Shown piece by piece: positions 8,260 to 15,556 of a DNA stretch of 64,000 nt. Position 1 is the stretch's first letter; every line of letters starts with the position of its first letter. This stretch comes from a virus: positions 64,001 through 128,000 of IMG/VR virus record IMGVR_UViG_3300027861_000001; one strand, 5' to 3'. The notes under the pieces were generated by a model, which was not told the origin of the DNA, made no database searches, and saw nothing but the letters and a program-made list of their open reading frames with translations. The translations under genes and the position numbers were made by a program.

Positions 8260-8418
8260 CTATTTTCTACGTACTTGTTTACTGCTATGTGGTTTTTGTG
8301 AACCTTTACCGTGACTGTAGGAACGTCCAGCTTTATTCTTTCTTGCCATCCAAGCACTACGAGAACGAACTTCGCTTCCATTTTTACAGTAAGGACAACC
8401 ACATTTCGTGTTGAACAT
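8260..8418 (-). CDS. 52-aa very basic protein with CxCxxC (not in ORF track)
   Basis: Manual translation MFNTKCGCPYCKNGSEVRSRSAWMARKNKAGRSYSHGKGSQKPHSSKQVRRK; AGGAGG RBS. Confidence 0.6.
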   Translation of the reverse strand: MFNTKCGCPYCKNGSEVRSRSAWMARKNKAGRSYSHGKGSQKPHSSKQVRRK

Positions 8419-8473
8419 GTGTCACCTCCTAGTGCGCCATCATGTTCCACCTCCTAAAAATTTAATATCCACT

Positions 8474-8551
8474 TTACCTTCTCCTAAAGAACCAATATAG
8501 GAACCCTAGTAGTGAGAGTAGTAAAGCACCAATTCCAATTACTTTTTTCAT
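8474..8551 (-). CDS. 25-aa single-TM peptide (not in ORF track)
   Basis: MKKVIGIGALLLSLLGFLYWFFRRR, fills the gap exactly. Confidence 0.45.
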   Translation of the reverse strand: MKKVIGIGALLLSLLGFLYWFFRRR

Positions 8552-8552
8552 T

Positions 8553-8714
8553 TTACATATCTTCAACTTGTTCTACTCTCCATGAGTTACCACACTCAGG
8601 ACAGATAACTTGGTCAGACGCTAACAATAATAAAGCACACTGGTGAAGACAATCATGATGATTATAGTCCTCAATACAATCATGAAATTCACCGCACCGA
8701 CATTTTTCTTCCAT
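8553..8714 (-). CDS. 53-aa Cys/His-rich Zn-ribbon protein (not in ORF track)
   Basis: MEEKCRCGEFHDC...HDCLH...ICPECGNSW. Confidence 0.6.
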   Translation of the reverse strand: MEEKCRCGEFHDCIEDYNHHDCLHQCALLLLASDQVICPECGNSWRVEQVEDM

Positions 8715-8715
8715 C

Positions 8716-9429
8716 TTAACTCCCCCATCGACTTTGAGACTCCACCAAAATTCTTCCTTCTATGATAAAATCTTCCAAGTCATTTTCCACTAACCATTCC
8801 TTAATCCGAAGCATTCTTTGTTTTCTGTCAGTTTCTTCAACAAGAATAGCATCCCCCGAATCAACGTGTTTCTTTCCAAGTGCCAAGAACTCGTCCCTAA
8901 CTGTGCTTAAATAGTTAAAGTTCATCTCACACCACTTAGCTTTCTCCCCTTTGTCCCATCTCTCTTTTATTCTCTCGATATTCCAATCAAGTGGTGGTAA
9001 AAGAATGACAAACTTCTTTGGTTGTGGAGTATTTGATTTCTTATAAAGGTCTTTTGTCATCTTTACGATATTCTTATACTCTTTCTTTGATAACCAACCT
9101 AACTTTTCAAACGCTGACATATAAACAAGGTCATCAAAGCAACATCTGTCTCCAATAACGACAGAACTATCCGATTGAGTTTGAACGTATGCTAGATTTT
9201 CTCTATGTTCAACGCAATGAAGACCCATTCTCCATACCTGCCTAGTTACTTCATCATCTATGCTTTCCATATGAGCAATTTGCTCATTTACTTTGTGTGG
9301 GTCATATGCTTTCAAATCCTCAATTAGTGTAGACTTCCCAACACCATGAGGGCCACACAAATACAAAACCCTGTTGTTATCTTCAGTATTAAATATGTAC
9401 GGGTCTGGTGGAAACATTACCGGTGTCAT
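8716..9429 (-). CDS. P-loop deoxynucleoside/dNMP kinase-like protein
   Basis: GPHGVGKST Walker A; VIGDRC motif. Confidence 0.8.
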   Translation of the reverse strand: MTPVMFPPDPYIFNTEDNNRVLYLCGPHGVGKSTLIEDLKAYDPHKVNEQIAHMESIDDEVTRQVWRMGLHCVEHRENLAYVQTQSDSSVVIGDRCCFDDLVYMSAFEKLGWLSKKEYKNIVKMTKDLYKKSNTPQPKKFVILLPPLDWNIERIKERWDKGEKAKWCEMNFNYLSTVRDEFLALGKKHVDSGDAILVEETDRKQRMLRIKEWLVENDLEDFIIEGRILVESQSRWGS

Positions 9430-9746
9430 ATGAACTTCCTCACTTTGTTAAAGTTTATTTGCACTTTCTTGTTTCGGCTTGTATCCTCCCTGATACTCAC
9501 CTTAATAGTTGGTGTTAAGTAATTCGCAACTATTTCTGCACTTAAGTTATTACCGTTTTTCAAATTTAAATCTTTGAGATTTATAACCAGTGCTTCATCG
9601 CTAGTAAAACATTCGTAACGATGAGTACAATCGCTACAAACTTCTTCAGCATTTTTAGCTCCATGACAGTAAAATTCTTTTCTCCAGTTGTCAGTACGAC
9701 TAGTGTCTTTTACGAGGATTGTTTTCAATTTCTCCCTTCCTTTCAT
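9426..9746 (-). CDS. Hypothetical protein with internal CxxCxxRYxCFT tag
   Basis: CSDCTHRYECFT. Confidence 0.7.
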   Translation of the reverse strand: MKGREKLKTILVKDTSRTDNWRKEFYCHGAKNAEEVCSDCTHRYECFTSDEALVINLKDLNLKNGNNLSAEIVANYLTPTIKVSIREDTSRNKKVQINFNKVRKFI

Positions 9747-9984
9747 GACAATCTAATATTGTACCTGTATAACATGTAAAACGATTAGGACACACTTCAC
9801 AACTTTCTATTCTAAGTAAACTTTCAGAAGGATAAGTTAGAGTAGTGCGATATGAGTTTAAAGGATAAACATAATAATTGTTATAATTTTTTTCTCCGAT
9901 TATAAGCCCCATATCCCCAGCGTGTGAGCTTTGATACCCATGTGTATCTATAATCATTACTACATCATTCTTTTTTAATTCCAT
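9700..9984 (-). CDS. KOW/SH3-like small protein with CxxCxxRFxCYT tag
   Basis: LKKNDVVMI...GDMGLI; CEVCPNRFTCYT. Confidence 0.7.
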   Translation of the reverse strand: MELKKNDVVMIIDTHGYQSSHAGDMGLIIGEKNYNNYYVYPLNSYRTTLTYPSESLLRIESCEVCPNRFTCYTGTILDCHERKGEIENNPRKRH

Positions 9985-9991
9985 CTCTACG

Positions 9992-10067
9992 CGCCCCTGG
10001 AGGGACTCGAACCCCCGACGGTCTGCTTAGAAGGCAGATGCTCTGAATCCAACTGAGCTACAGGAGC
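9992..10067 (-). tRNA. tRNA-Arg(TCT)
   Basis: TCTGC-CTTCTAA-GCAGA; GGTTCGAGTCC. Confidence 0.93.
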
Positions 10068-10099
10068 ACAATGCAGACTAAGTGGGCAGAAAAGTTAAC

Positions 10100-10231
10100 T
10101 TAGCAGTTACCCTTTCCTCCACCTTTTCTAGGCCCAATTCCAGGGCCGCTTCTGTTTCCTCCTCCTCTTCCTCTTCCATCTCTCGGACCTCTTGAACCTT
10201 TCGTAGGCCCTGTTCCATCTCTTCCTGGCAT
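10100..10231 (-). CDS. Gly/Arg-rich peptide (DUF5320-like N-terminus)
   Basis: MPGRDGTGP...RDGRGRGGG; AGGAGG RBS. Confidence 0.65.
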   Translation of the reverse strand: MPGRDGTGPTKGSRGPRDGRGRGGGNRSGPGIGPRKGGGKGNC

Positions 10232-10293
10232 CTTAGTTCCTCCTGTAAAAAATAGATAATGGATAATTCCAATATCTTTCAACACAAATTAAT

Positions 10294-10503
10294 CTACACT
10301 TGGTTATTACTGTCTACTAACATTTGTATACAATATCTACATAAAACTAAGACAGGTAATTTATCATTTGTATAATTATAATATTTTATCGCGTGTACAT
10401 AACACACGTCTTTTCCGCACACCATGCAAATTTCTTTCCCTTCAAACTGATCATCCTCACAATCATCACAAATCACTTTTTCTTTTGTAATAAACTTCTT
10501 CAT
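10294..10503 (-). CDS. Zn-finger protein, apparent paralogue of 2437-2769
   Basis: CDDC...CMVCGKDVCYVH...LCRYC. Confidence 0.7.
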   Translation of the reverse strand: MKKFITKEKVICDDCEDDQFEGKEICMVCGKDVCYVHAIKYYNYTNDKLPVLVLCRYCIQMLVDSNNQV

Positions 10504-10754
10504 TAAACCCCTGATGTTATGCACTTAAACCTGTGTTCGCAAAAACCGCATTTAGGATATGTACCAGCTGGTTGTTTGTATCTTTCTCTATGAATAACAC
10601 ACAAGATTCGCATCTTATTACGACAATTAGTACAATGCACTAATACTGCGTAACCGCTGGTATCTCTACAAAACCTATTTCTAGTAATTATGTTGCAATT
10701 TAAACATTGAAACAACGCACTATCATACGACCAATTAAATTCGTTATATTTCAT
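10503..10754 (-). CDS. Zn-ribbon protein with CxxCxxRFxCIT tag
   Basis: CLNC...CTNC; ends CGFCEHRFKCITSGV. Confidence 0.72.
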   Translation of the reverse strand: MKYNEFNWSYDSALFQCLNCNIITRNRFCRDTSGYAVLVHCTNCRNKMRILCVIHRERYKQPAGTYPKCGFCEHRFKCITSGV

Positions 10755-10765
10755 TTAAACTTTTG

Positions 10766-10850
10766 CGGAAGCAACAGGATTCGAACCTGTGAGGCTTTTA
10801 CACCTAGTTAGTTAGCAACCAACCTCCTTAAACCACTCGGACATACTTCC
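10766..10850 (-). tRNA. tRNA-Ser(GCT)
   Basis: GTTGG-TTGCTAA-CTAAC; long variable arm; G73. Confidence 0.92.
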
Positions 10851-10854
10851 AATG

Positions 10855-10926
10855 TGGAGCAGGAGAGATTTGAACTCTCTTTTCCAGTGTGCAAGACTGG
10901 TGTTTTCCCAAGTAAACTACAACCCC
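10855..10926 (-). tRNA. tRNA-Ala(TGC)
   Basis: G3:U70 identity pair; CCAGT-CTTGCAC-ACTGG. Confidence 0.88.
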
Positions 10927-10929
10927 TAA

Positions 10930-11277
10930 TTACACCTTTAACAAACTAAAAAACGGTATTATAATAGCGTTTGGTAAAGCTGCCTTCATATTATTTACTC
11001 CTGCTGGATTCATACTGTGCAAAAATATTGCTGGTGGTTGTTTGTTAGGATGTCGTTCCAACCACTTTGCTACTTCGTAACCTGACTTTTCATCTGATGG
11101 ACAAAACGCTTCACCACCAAGGTCATGATCTAACCATAAACTGTCCCACACTCCCTCGGTAAGTTTAAGGATACAATCATCCACCGTTTCCACACAAACT
11201 ATTTTTTCTTCGCTGAACTTTCTTTTAAAGTAAGTGTGCCTAGTTGTATCATCATCTAAAACAAGAATTCTTTCCAT
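10930..11277 (-). CDS. Stand-alone receiver-like domain (cyclic-phosphate-processing receiver type)
   Basis: ILVLDDD...LWLDHDLG...SGYEVAKWL...IFLHSMNPAG. Confidence 0.8.
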   Translation of the reverse strand: MERILVLDDDTTRHTYFKRKFSEEKIVCVETVDDCILKLTEGVWDSLWLDHDLGGEAFCPSDEKSGYEVAKWLERHPNKQPPAIFLHSMNPAGVNNMKAALPNAIIIPFFSLLKV

Positions 11278-11288
11278 GATTACCTCTG

Positions 11289-11360
11289 TAGGAACGGTAG
11301 GAATCGAACCTACAACTTCCGGTATGTAACACCGAAGCTCTACCACTGAGCTACCGAGGC
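11289..11360 (-). pseudogene. Degenerate tRNA-Val(TAC)
   Basis: D, anticodon (loop GTTACAT) and T arms intact, but the 5' acceptor strand GCCTCGG cannot pair with CGTTCCT. Confidence 0.7.
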
Positions 11361-11548
11361 TTATCTTTCTTTAGTATTTCTAAATCTTCTGGTCTACAAG
11401 CTGCTGAAGTATCACCATTTCCAAAGTTAACAAATACATACCAGTCATTCTTACTAGTTACTACTCCATGTTCAACATCTTTGAATGAACTTGCATGCTG
11501 TGGAATATACATAACCCTATCTCCAGCATCAAAACCTTCTGTTTCCAT
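11351..11548 (-). CDS. Small SH3-like protein
   Basis: FDAGDRVMYIP...EHGVVTSKNDWYVFVNF. Confidence 0.7.
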   Translation of the reverse strand: METEGFDAGDRVMYIPQHASSFKDVEHGVVTSKNDWYVFVNFGNGDTSAACRPEDLEILKKDKPR

Positions 11549-11560
11549 AATATCATCCTC

Positions 11561-11635
11561 TGGCACCTACGGTTGGATTCGAACCAACATGTCACCGGTT
11601 AACAGCCGGACGCTTTACCCATTAGCTACATAGGT
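11561..11635 (-). tRNA. tRNA-Asn(GTT), CCA encoded
   Basis: CCGG-CTGTTAA-CCGG; ends GCCA. Confidence 0.92.
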
Positions 11636-11662
11636 ATTATCCACTAGACCCCTCCACTATAT

Positions 11663-11691
11663 ATAATATCATACGCCTAGCATTTTGTCAA
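11663..11691 (-). promoter_or_regulatory. Sigma70-type promoter
   Basis: TTGACA-17nt(AAATGCTAGGCGTATGA)-TATTAT. Confidence 0.8.
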
Positions 11692-11722
11692 GCACTTTTC
11701 ATCGTCAATTTTTAGTGCCTAT

Positions 11723-11797
11723 TGGGGTGAAATAGCGGAATCGAACCGCTGCCTCCTGGGCCACAACCAAACGTTCTACCATTAAACTAATAACACC
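11723..11797 (-). tRNA. tRNA-His(GTG) with G-1:C73, CCA encoded
   Basis: Anticodon loop TTGTGGC; two U:U mismatches in the acceptor stem. Confidence 0.85.
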
Positions 11798-11802
11798 ACG
11801 AC

Positions 11803-11848
11803 AAAAAAGGCTAGTACTTTGTTTGAACCTCAGTGACAAAGACTAGCC
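11803..11848 (-). terminator. Intrinsic terminator
   Basis: GGCTAGT-CTTTGT...ACAAAG-T-ACTAGCC followed by TTTTTT. Confidence 0.7.
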
Positions 11849-11875
11849 GTTTTAACTACTCATAACTGTTTGTCA

Positions 11876-12046
11876 CTACTCTTCTTCTTGTTTCTCAACC
11901 TCTCGCATTTTAAACGTATCTTCCCAGCTAGGTCTCTTGTTTGGAGCAAATGGTCTTTTGAGAGGTTTTCCCCATTGATCTACTTGAGGTCTACTGTCCG
12001 GTTTCTTTTCTTCAATCTGTTTCTCTTCAGGGGTTTCTTCCACCAT
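11876..12046 (-). CDS. 56-aa charged protein (not in ORF track)
   Basis: MVEETPEEKQIEEKKPDSRPQVDQWGKPLKRPFAPNKRPSWEDTFKMREVEKQEEE; GGAGG RBS. Confidence 0.6.
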   Translation of the reverse strand: MVEETPEEKQIEEKKPDSRPQVDQWGKPLKRPFAPNKRPSWEDTFKMREVEKQEEE

Positions 12047-12255
12047 TACTTAACCTCCAAAAACTTGCTAGTAAGGTCTTCTTTGGTATACATATTACTT
12101 ATGCTTATATTCTTTAAGAGGGCACCATGTTCTTCTAAGAACTTACTAACTCCGTGCTCTGTGTTAAGATGTTGTTTTATGCTTGTTCCACTTCTTCTGT
12201 TCCAAGTACCATCAGGATTAAGAACCAACCCCCACTCTGCATTAATTTCAAACAT
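12046..12255 (-). CDS. Hypothetical protein
   Basis: 69-aa ORF with 1-nt overlaps on both sides. Confidence 0.6.
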   Translation of the reverse strand: MFEINAEWGLVLNPDGTWNRRSGTSIKQHLNTEHGVSKFLEEHGALLKNISISNMYTKEDLTSKFLEVK

Positions 12256-12533
12256 TATAACCCCCTATAAACATCCCCATGAAGGAGCTTTTTCCTGTCT
12301 TCATAAGGTGCTGCCTTTCTTCTATAATACTCATTTTCCACACAATTAATAACCCCTACAACACGATTAATAGTAAAATAATTAATGTCATCATAAGTTA
12401 ATTCTAGTAATCTTGTAATAGTATAATTCAAAGCTCCATCAACTTTCCCATCGTCAAACGTCTTTAATTGCTTAACCAGTTCATCGATTTGATCATCAAT
12501 CTCTGCCCTATCTTCTCGCTTTATATACGGCAT
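12255..12533 (-). CDS. Conserved phage protein (MPYIK...GELNY...EFYRR...PYED type, DUF6899-like)
   Basis: MPYIKREDR...[10 protein letters not shown]...[20 protein letters not shown]. Confidence 0.75.
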   Translation of the reverse strand: MPYIKREDRAEIDDQIDELVKQLKTFDDGKVDGALNYTITRLLELTYDDINYFTINRVVGVINCVENEYYRRKAAPYEDRKKLLHGDVYRGL

Positions 12534-12750
12534 CCTTATTCTCCTTTTTCCTCTGCTTCAACCTTTTTTGGTATATCTTTCTTCTACGTTTAATTGACGG
12601 TTTCTCGTAAAACTCTCTTACTTTTAATTCTCGTAGTATACCAGAATTATGCACAGCACGATTAAACCTACTCAACATAGAATCGAACCCAGTCATCCTG
12701 CATTCAGCTTCTCTTCTTCTTTCTGTATCAGTCAATTTTACTTCCGTCAT
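12508..12750 (-). CDS. rpsU: Phage-encoded ribosomal protein bS21
   Basis: [35 protein letters not shown]. Confidence 0.88.
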   Translation of the reverse strand: MTEVKLTDTERRREAECRMTGFDSMLSRFNRAVHNSGILRELKVREFYEKPSIKRRRKIYQKRLKQRKKENKDAVYKARR

Positions 12751-13135
12751 CTTCTACTGTTATTAATTTCCACTCGAAATTGCCAGCTTTAATTGCCTTC
12801 TTAATGCTGTTCTGACGAGCAGTCGTCTTACTCTTTCCTTTCTTTATTTCAACAATTACCACTCTTTCAACTCTATTTTTAGACAACCCATCAAATACCA
12901 CAAAGTCAATCGGACTACCTAAGAACCTAGCGTCGCTAGGGTCAAACTCCCAACCAGGAAGATGTGGTACTAATTGTTCATAAACCTTACCTTCAATGGT
13001 GGCTCTACTCCTCTTAATTGCGTCCTGTCTAGCAAACTCTACTTTATCTTTCCAACGATGTTCTCTAACCAGTAGTAACACTAGCAAAAATAAAATTACG
13101 CAAACTCCAACTATCCCAAACATTAATTCAATCAT
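12728..13135 (-). CDS. Membrane-anchored endonuclease related to archaeal Holliday-junction resolvase
   Basis: N-terminal TM; GKVYEQLVP...[16 protein letters not shown]...VEIKKG. Confidence 0.8.
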   Translation of the reverse strand: MIELMFGIVGVCVILFLLVLLLVREHRWKDKVEFARQDAIKRSRATIEGKVYEQLVPHLPGWEFDPSDARFLGSPIDFVVFDGLSKNRVERVVIVEIKKGKSKTTARQNSIKKAIKAGNFEWKLITVEDDGSKID

Positions 13136-14085
13136 TACTTGTTTTTTAACCTCTCTATCCTAGGAAGAAACCAGCGTGTTTCCCAATAGTTGGTTAATTC
13201 ACCAAAAGACTTAGAAGGTAAAGGAAGTAATGTATTATCCTTTTCGCATAAAAACTCTTGATAGTTATAAGATAGGGGGATTACATACACCCCACGCAAG
13301 TTTTCCATCCTCTGTGCCTTTGCATGTTTACCAAGTTTCTGAAATGTCTTTACAACTCCGTACCTATCTTTTACTGTACCGTCCTCGTTGTAATAAATTT
13401 CAGAATGTTTACCATGTGTCTTCTTATATTCTTCTCTAACCTTATCCTTCACACTTAGTGGGACAAGTACGGAAGAATAACCCTTTGTCGTGCCTAAGTA
13501 TTTAAACCCTTCTAATCTGTTATAAATACTCGACTTCCCGTACAAAGAAGTTACTGTATATAGTGCTAACTTGTGACCATACTTTTTCTCAAAATAAACC
13601 TGTACTTCTTCACTTTTTACAGACAACGCTGCAAGTTTACCGGTTAAATAGTTATTTAGTGGTGGAGTAGCAATACAATGTTGAACGTTCATTAGATAGT
13701 TTATTTTTTTATGCGTCCATTTATTCTCTTTCGTCCACCCTATATGTTTATCTCTAATCGGTATTGTCAAATCAGAAGAAAGACCTACGATTCCTAATAC
13801 AAATCCAGTTTCCTTATCCCTTATTAGGTAGTGAAATCTTCTTCCTACTTCTCCGCTAAGTGGGGCTGTTGACGTTATAACCCTTCCGTACCACCACAAA
13901 TCTTGTAGGTTTCCTGTATCACAAAAATCTATATAAGGTTGTATAGAACCTAAAGCAGGTACATTCATCTGCACTGTTTCCCAAACAGGTTTAATCTTTT
14001 GTAATCTGTCACTGTGTTTTACTAAATACTCTTCTTTGACTTCAGTTAATTTCTCTTTCAACTCATCTTTAGTAAATTCACTCAT
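13135..14085 (-). CDS. DUF4338 / DruA-like protein
   Basis: VGRRFHYLIRDKETG.VLGIVGLSSD...RDKHIGW...GKLAAL...TSLYGKSSIYNRL...LGTTKG. Confidence 0.7.
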   Translation of the reverse strand: MSEFTKDELKEKLTEVKEEYLVKHSDRLQKIKPVWETVQMNVPALGSIQPYIDFCDTGNLQDLWWYGRVITSTAPLSGEVGRRFHYLIRDKETGFVLGIVGLSSDLTIPIRDKHIGWTKENKWTHKKINYLMNVQHCIATPPLNNYLTGKLAALSVKSEEVQVYFEKKYGHKLALYTVTSLYGKSSIYNRLEGFKYLGTTKGYSSVLVPLSVKDKVREEYKKTHGKHSEIYYNEDGTVKDRYGVVKTFQKLGKHAKAQRMENLRGVYVIPLSYNYQEFLCEKDNTLLPLPSKSFGELTNYWETRWFLPRIERLKNK

Positions 14086-14323
14086 TCTTTTCTAAATCAC
14101 TAGCATATCCAACTTTTATATCCGGTTTCCTTTTTCTCCCAGTAATTCCTCTCTCCTCAGTAATATAAAATCCCGCACCTTTGTAGTGGCTGTGCCACAT
14201 AGATACAGTCTTATCTGCTTCACGTCCACATTTAGGACATTTATAAGTAGGTTTAGGTTCAAATTCCTTCTGACGGACTTCAAACTTACTTCCACAAGTA
14301 CAACGATACTCGTATATCGGCAT
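14078..14323 (-). CDS. FmdB-family Zn-ribbon protein
   Basis: MPIYEYRC...CPKCG...YKGAGFY. Confidence 0.85.
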   Translation of the reverse strand: MPIYEYRCTCGSKFEVRQKEFEPKPTYKCPKCGREADKTVSMWHSHYKGAGFYITEERGITGRKRKPDIKVGYASDLEKNE

Positions 14324-14325
14324 AA

Positions 14326-14577
14326 TTATGTTCCTTCGGATAAACAACGTCCACTAAACAGCTCGCTCACGTCGTAAATTGGTATTGTGTCCTTAAACTC
14401 TACACCGTCATCCAGTATTACATTATATATTTCCCAATAAATAGGGTCTACTGAAACGTCTGTAGTATCAATCCAGTTTGTTTCTTTTAGATTCTCTGAA
14501 CCACAAAATGGACACGAACTTGTACTTGTTTTTATTACGGACACTAAATGCCCTCTTTCACAAAACTTAGCTATCAT
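14326..14577 (-). CDS. Zn-ribbon hypothetical protein
   Basis: CERGH...CPFCGS. Confidence 0.7.
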   Translation of the reverse strand: MIAKFCERGHLVSVIKTSTSSCPFCGSENLKETNWIDTTDVSVDPIYWEIYNVILDDGVEFKDTIPIYDVSELFSGRCLSEGT

Positions 14578-14597
14578 TTGTCACATCCTTTCTTTTG

Positions 14598-14672
14598 TAG
14601 TAGGAAGTGGACTCGAACCACTGAATCACGAGCTTATCAGACCCGTCGCTTAACCAACTTGCGTATCCTACA
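14598..14672 (-). tRNA. tRNA-Ile(GAT)
   Basis: CGGGT-CTGATAA-GCTCG; GGTTCGAGTCC; 1:72 mismatch. Confidence 0.85.
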
Positions 14673-15240
14673 TCGATATTACACTACCCCACTGCTCTGC
14701 CATACCTTTTGCTATCCCTAGGAACGTCTTACTTCTCATCTTCGCCCTTTCAGGAGATGGTGCCATCCTCCACACTCTTTGTTCTCTGCCATCAACTATG
14801 TTGGTAGGTTGTAATAGTGGAAGATTTTTTAACCACAAACATGTGGCTTTTGTTTCACCGTGACCAAACTGCCAAGGTTGTATAATTTGATTTGGTTTTC
14901 TCCACTTAGTAGACATAATACCGATAGGATTTTCTATAGCTACAAACTTACATTGCGAATTAGCAAAAGACATAAAAAAGTCTATAGCTTGTTGTTGACT
15001 CCCATCAACTTGTTTTTCTTTAAACCACCTTGCTCCACTAACCGCTAAATGAGTACATGGAGGAAAAGCTATTATCATTTCCCACTTATTGTCTAATAAT
15101 AAACCTACATCCTGTTGTAAATGCCACTCAGGATGTCCTCCAGAGCATGGTTCTAAATCACAAGAAAACGCTTCAAAACCTAATCTTCTAAATTCTATTG
15201 TTACAGCTTGACTTTCTTCACACGCTATTAAGATTGACAT
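14668..15240 (-). CDS. Short phage DNA (cytosine-5) methyltransferase-like protein
   Basis: ILIACEESQ...SCDL...IAFPPCTHL...IENP...QPWQFGH.ETKATCLWLKNLP; start trimmed to 15240. Confidence 0.8.
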   Translation of the reverse strand: MSILIACEESQAVTIEFRRLGFEAFSCDLEPCSGGHPEWHLQQDVGLLLDNKWEMIIAFPPCTHLAVSGARWFKEKQVDGSQQQAIDFFMSFANSQCKFVAIENPIGIMSTKWRKPNQIIQPWQFGHGETKATCLWLKNLPLLQPTNIVDGREQRVWRMAPSPERAKMRSKTFLGIAKGMAEQWGSVISM

Positions 15241-15242
15241 TG

Positions 15243-15314
15243 TAACGGGGGTGGGGATCGAACCCACGTGGTCAAGTTTATGAGACTTGATGAGTAACCA
15301 ACAACTTCCCCGCT
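15243..15314 (-). tRNA. tRNA-Met(CAT), initiator-like acceptor stem
   Basis: AGCGGGG/CCCCGTT; CAAGT-CTCATAA-ACTTG; atypical D arm. Confidence 0.75.
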
Positions 15315-15319
15315 TCACT

Positions 15320-15556
15320 TTAATTCATATAAAATTTAAATACGTCTGGTTTATAAAGTTCAGAGTTTGCTTCATTAAACACATCTTGTATATCAGCAGG
15401 TGTATAATTACTTCCTTCTTCTAGGTTAATAAGTACACACTCAGATTGAATTATTGGATGCCAAAAACCATTTATCAATCCAAATGGAACGTAGTGCAAC
15501 CTTGCCCACTCTACATAACTATCTTTTTCTTCTTCGTCTAGGTGTTTCCACATCAT
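15320..15556 (-). CDS. Hypothetical protein
   Basis: MMWKHL...WAR..Y...WHPIIQ.EC. Confidence 0.7.
   Translation of the reverse strand: MMWKHLDEEEKDSYVEWARLHYVPFGLINGFWHPIIQSECVLINLEEGSNYTPADIQDVFNEANSELYKPDVFKFYMN

Noticed and set aside
8142-8450. 102-aa minus-strand ORF
   Set aside because: It runs through the whole tRNA-Arg(TCG), and its GTG lies inside an SD sequence; the 52-aa ORF 8260-8418 fits better.
10078-10272. 64-aa Glu-rich ORF
   Set aside because: It is an alternative frame of the Gly/Arg peptide, which has the strong AGGAGG RBS.
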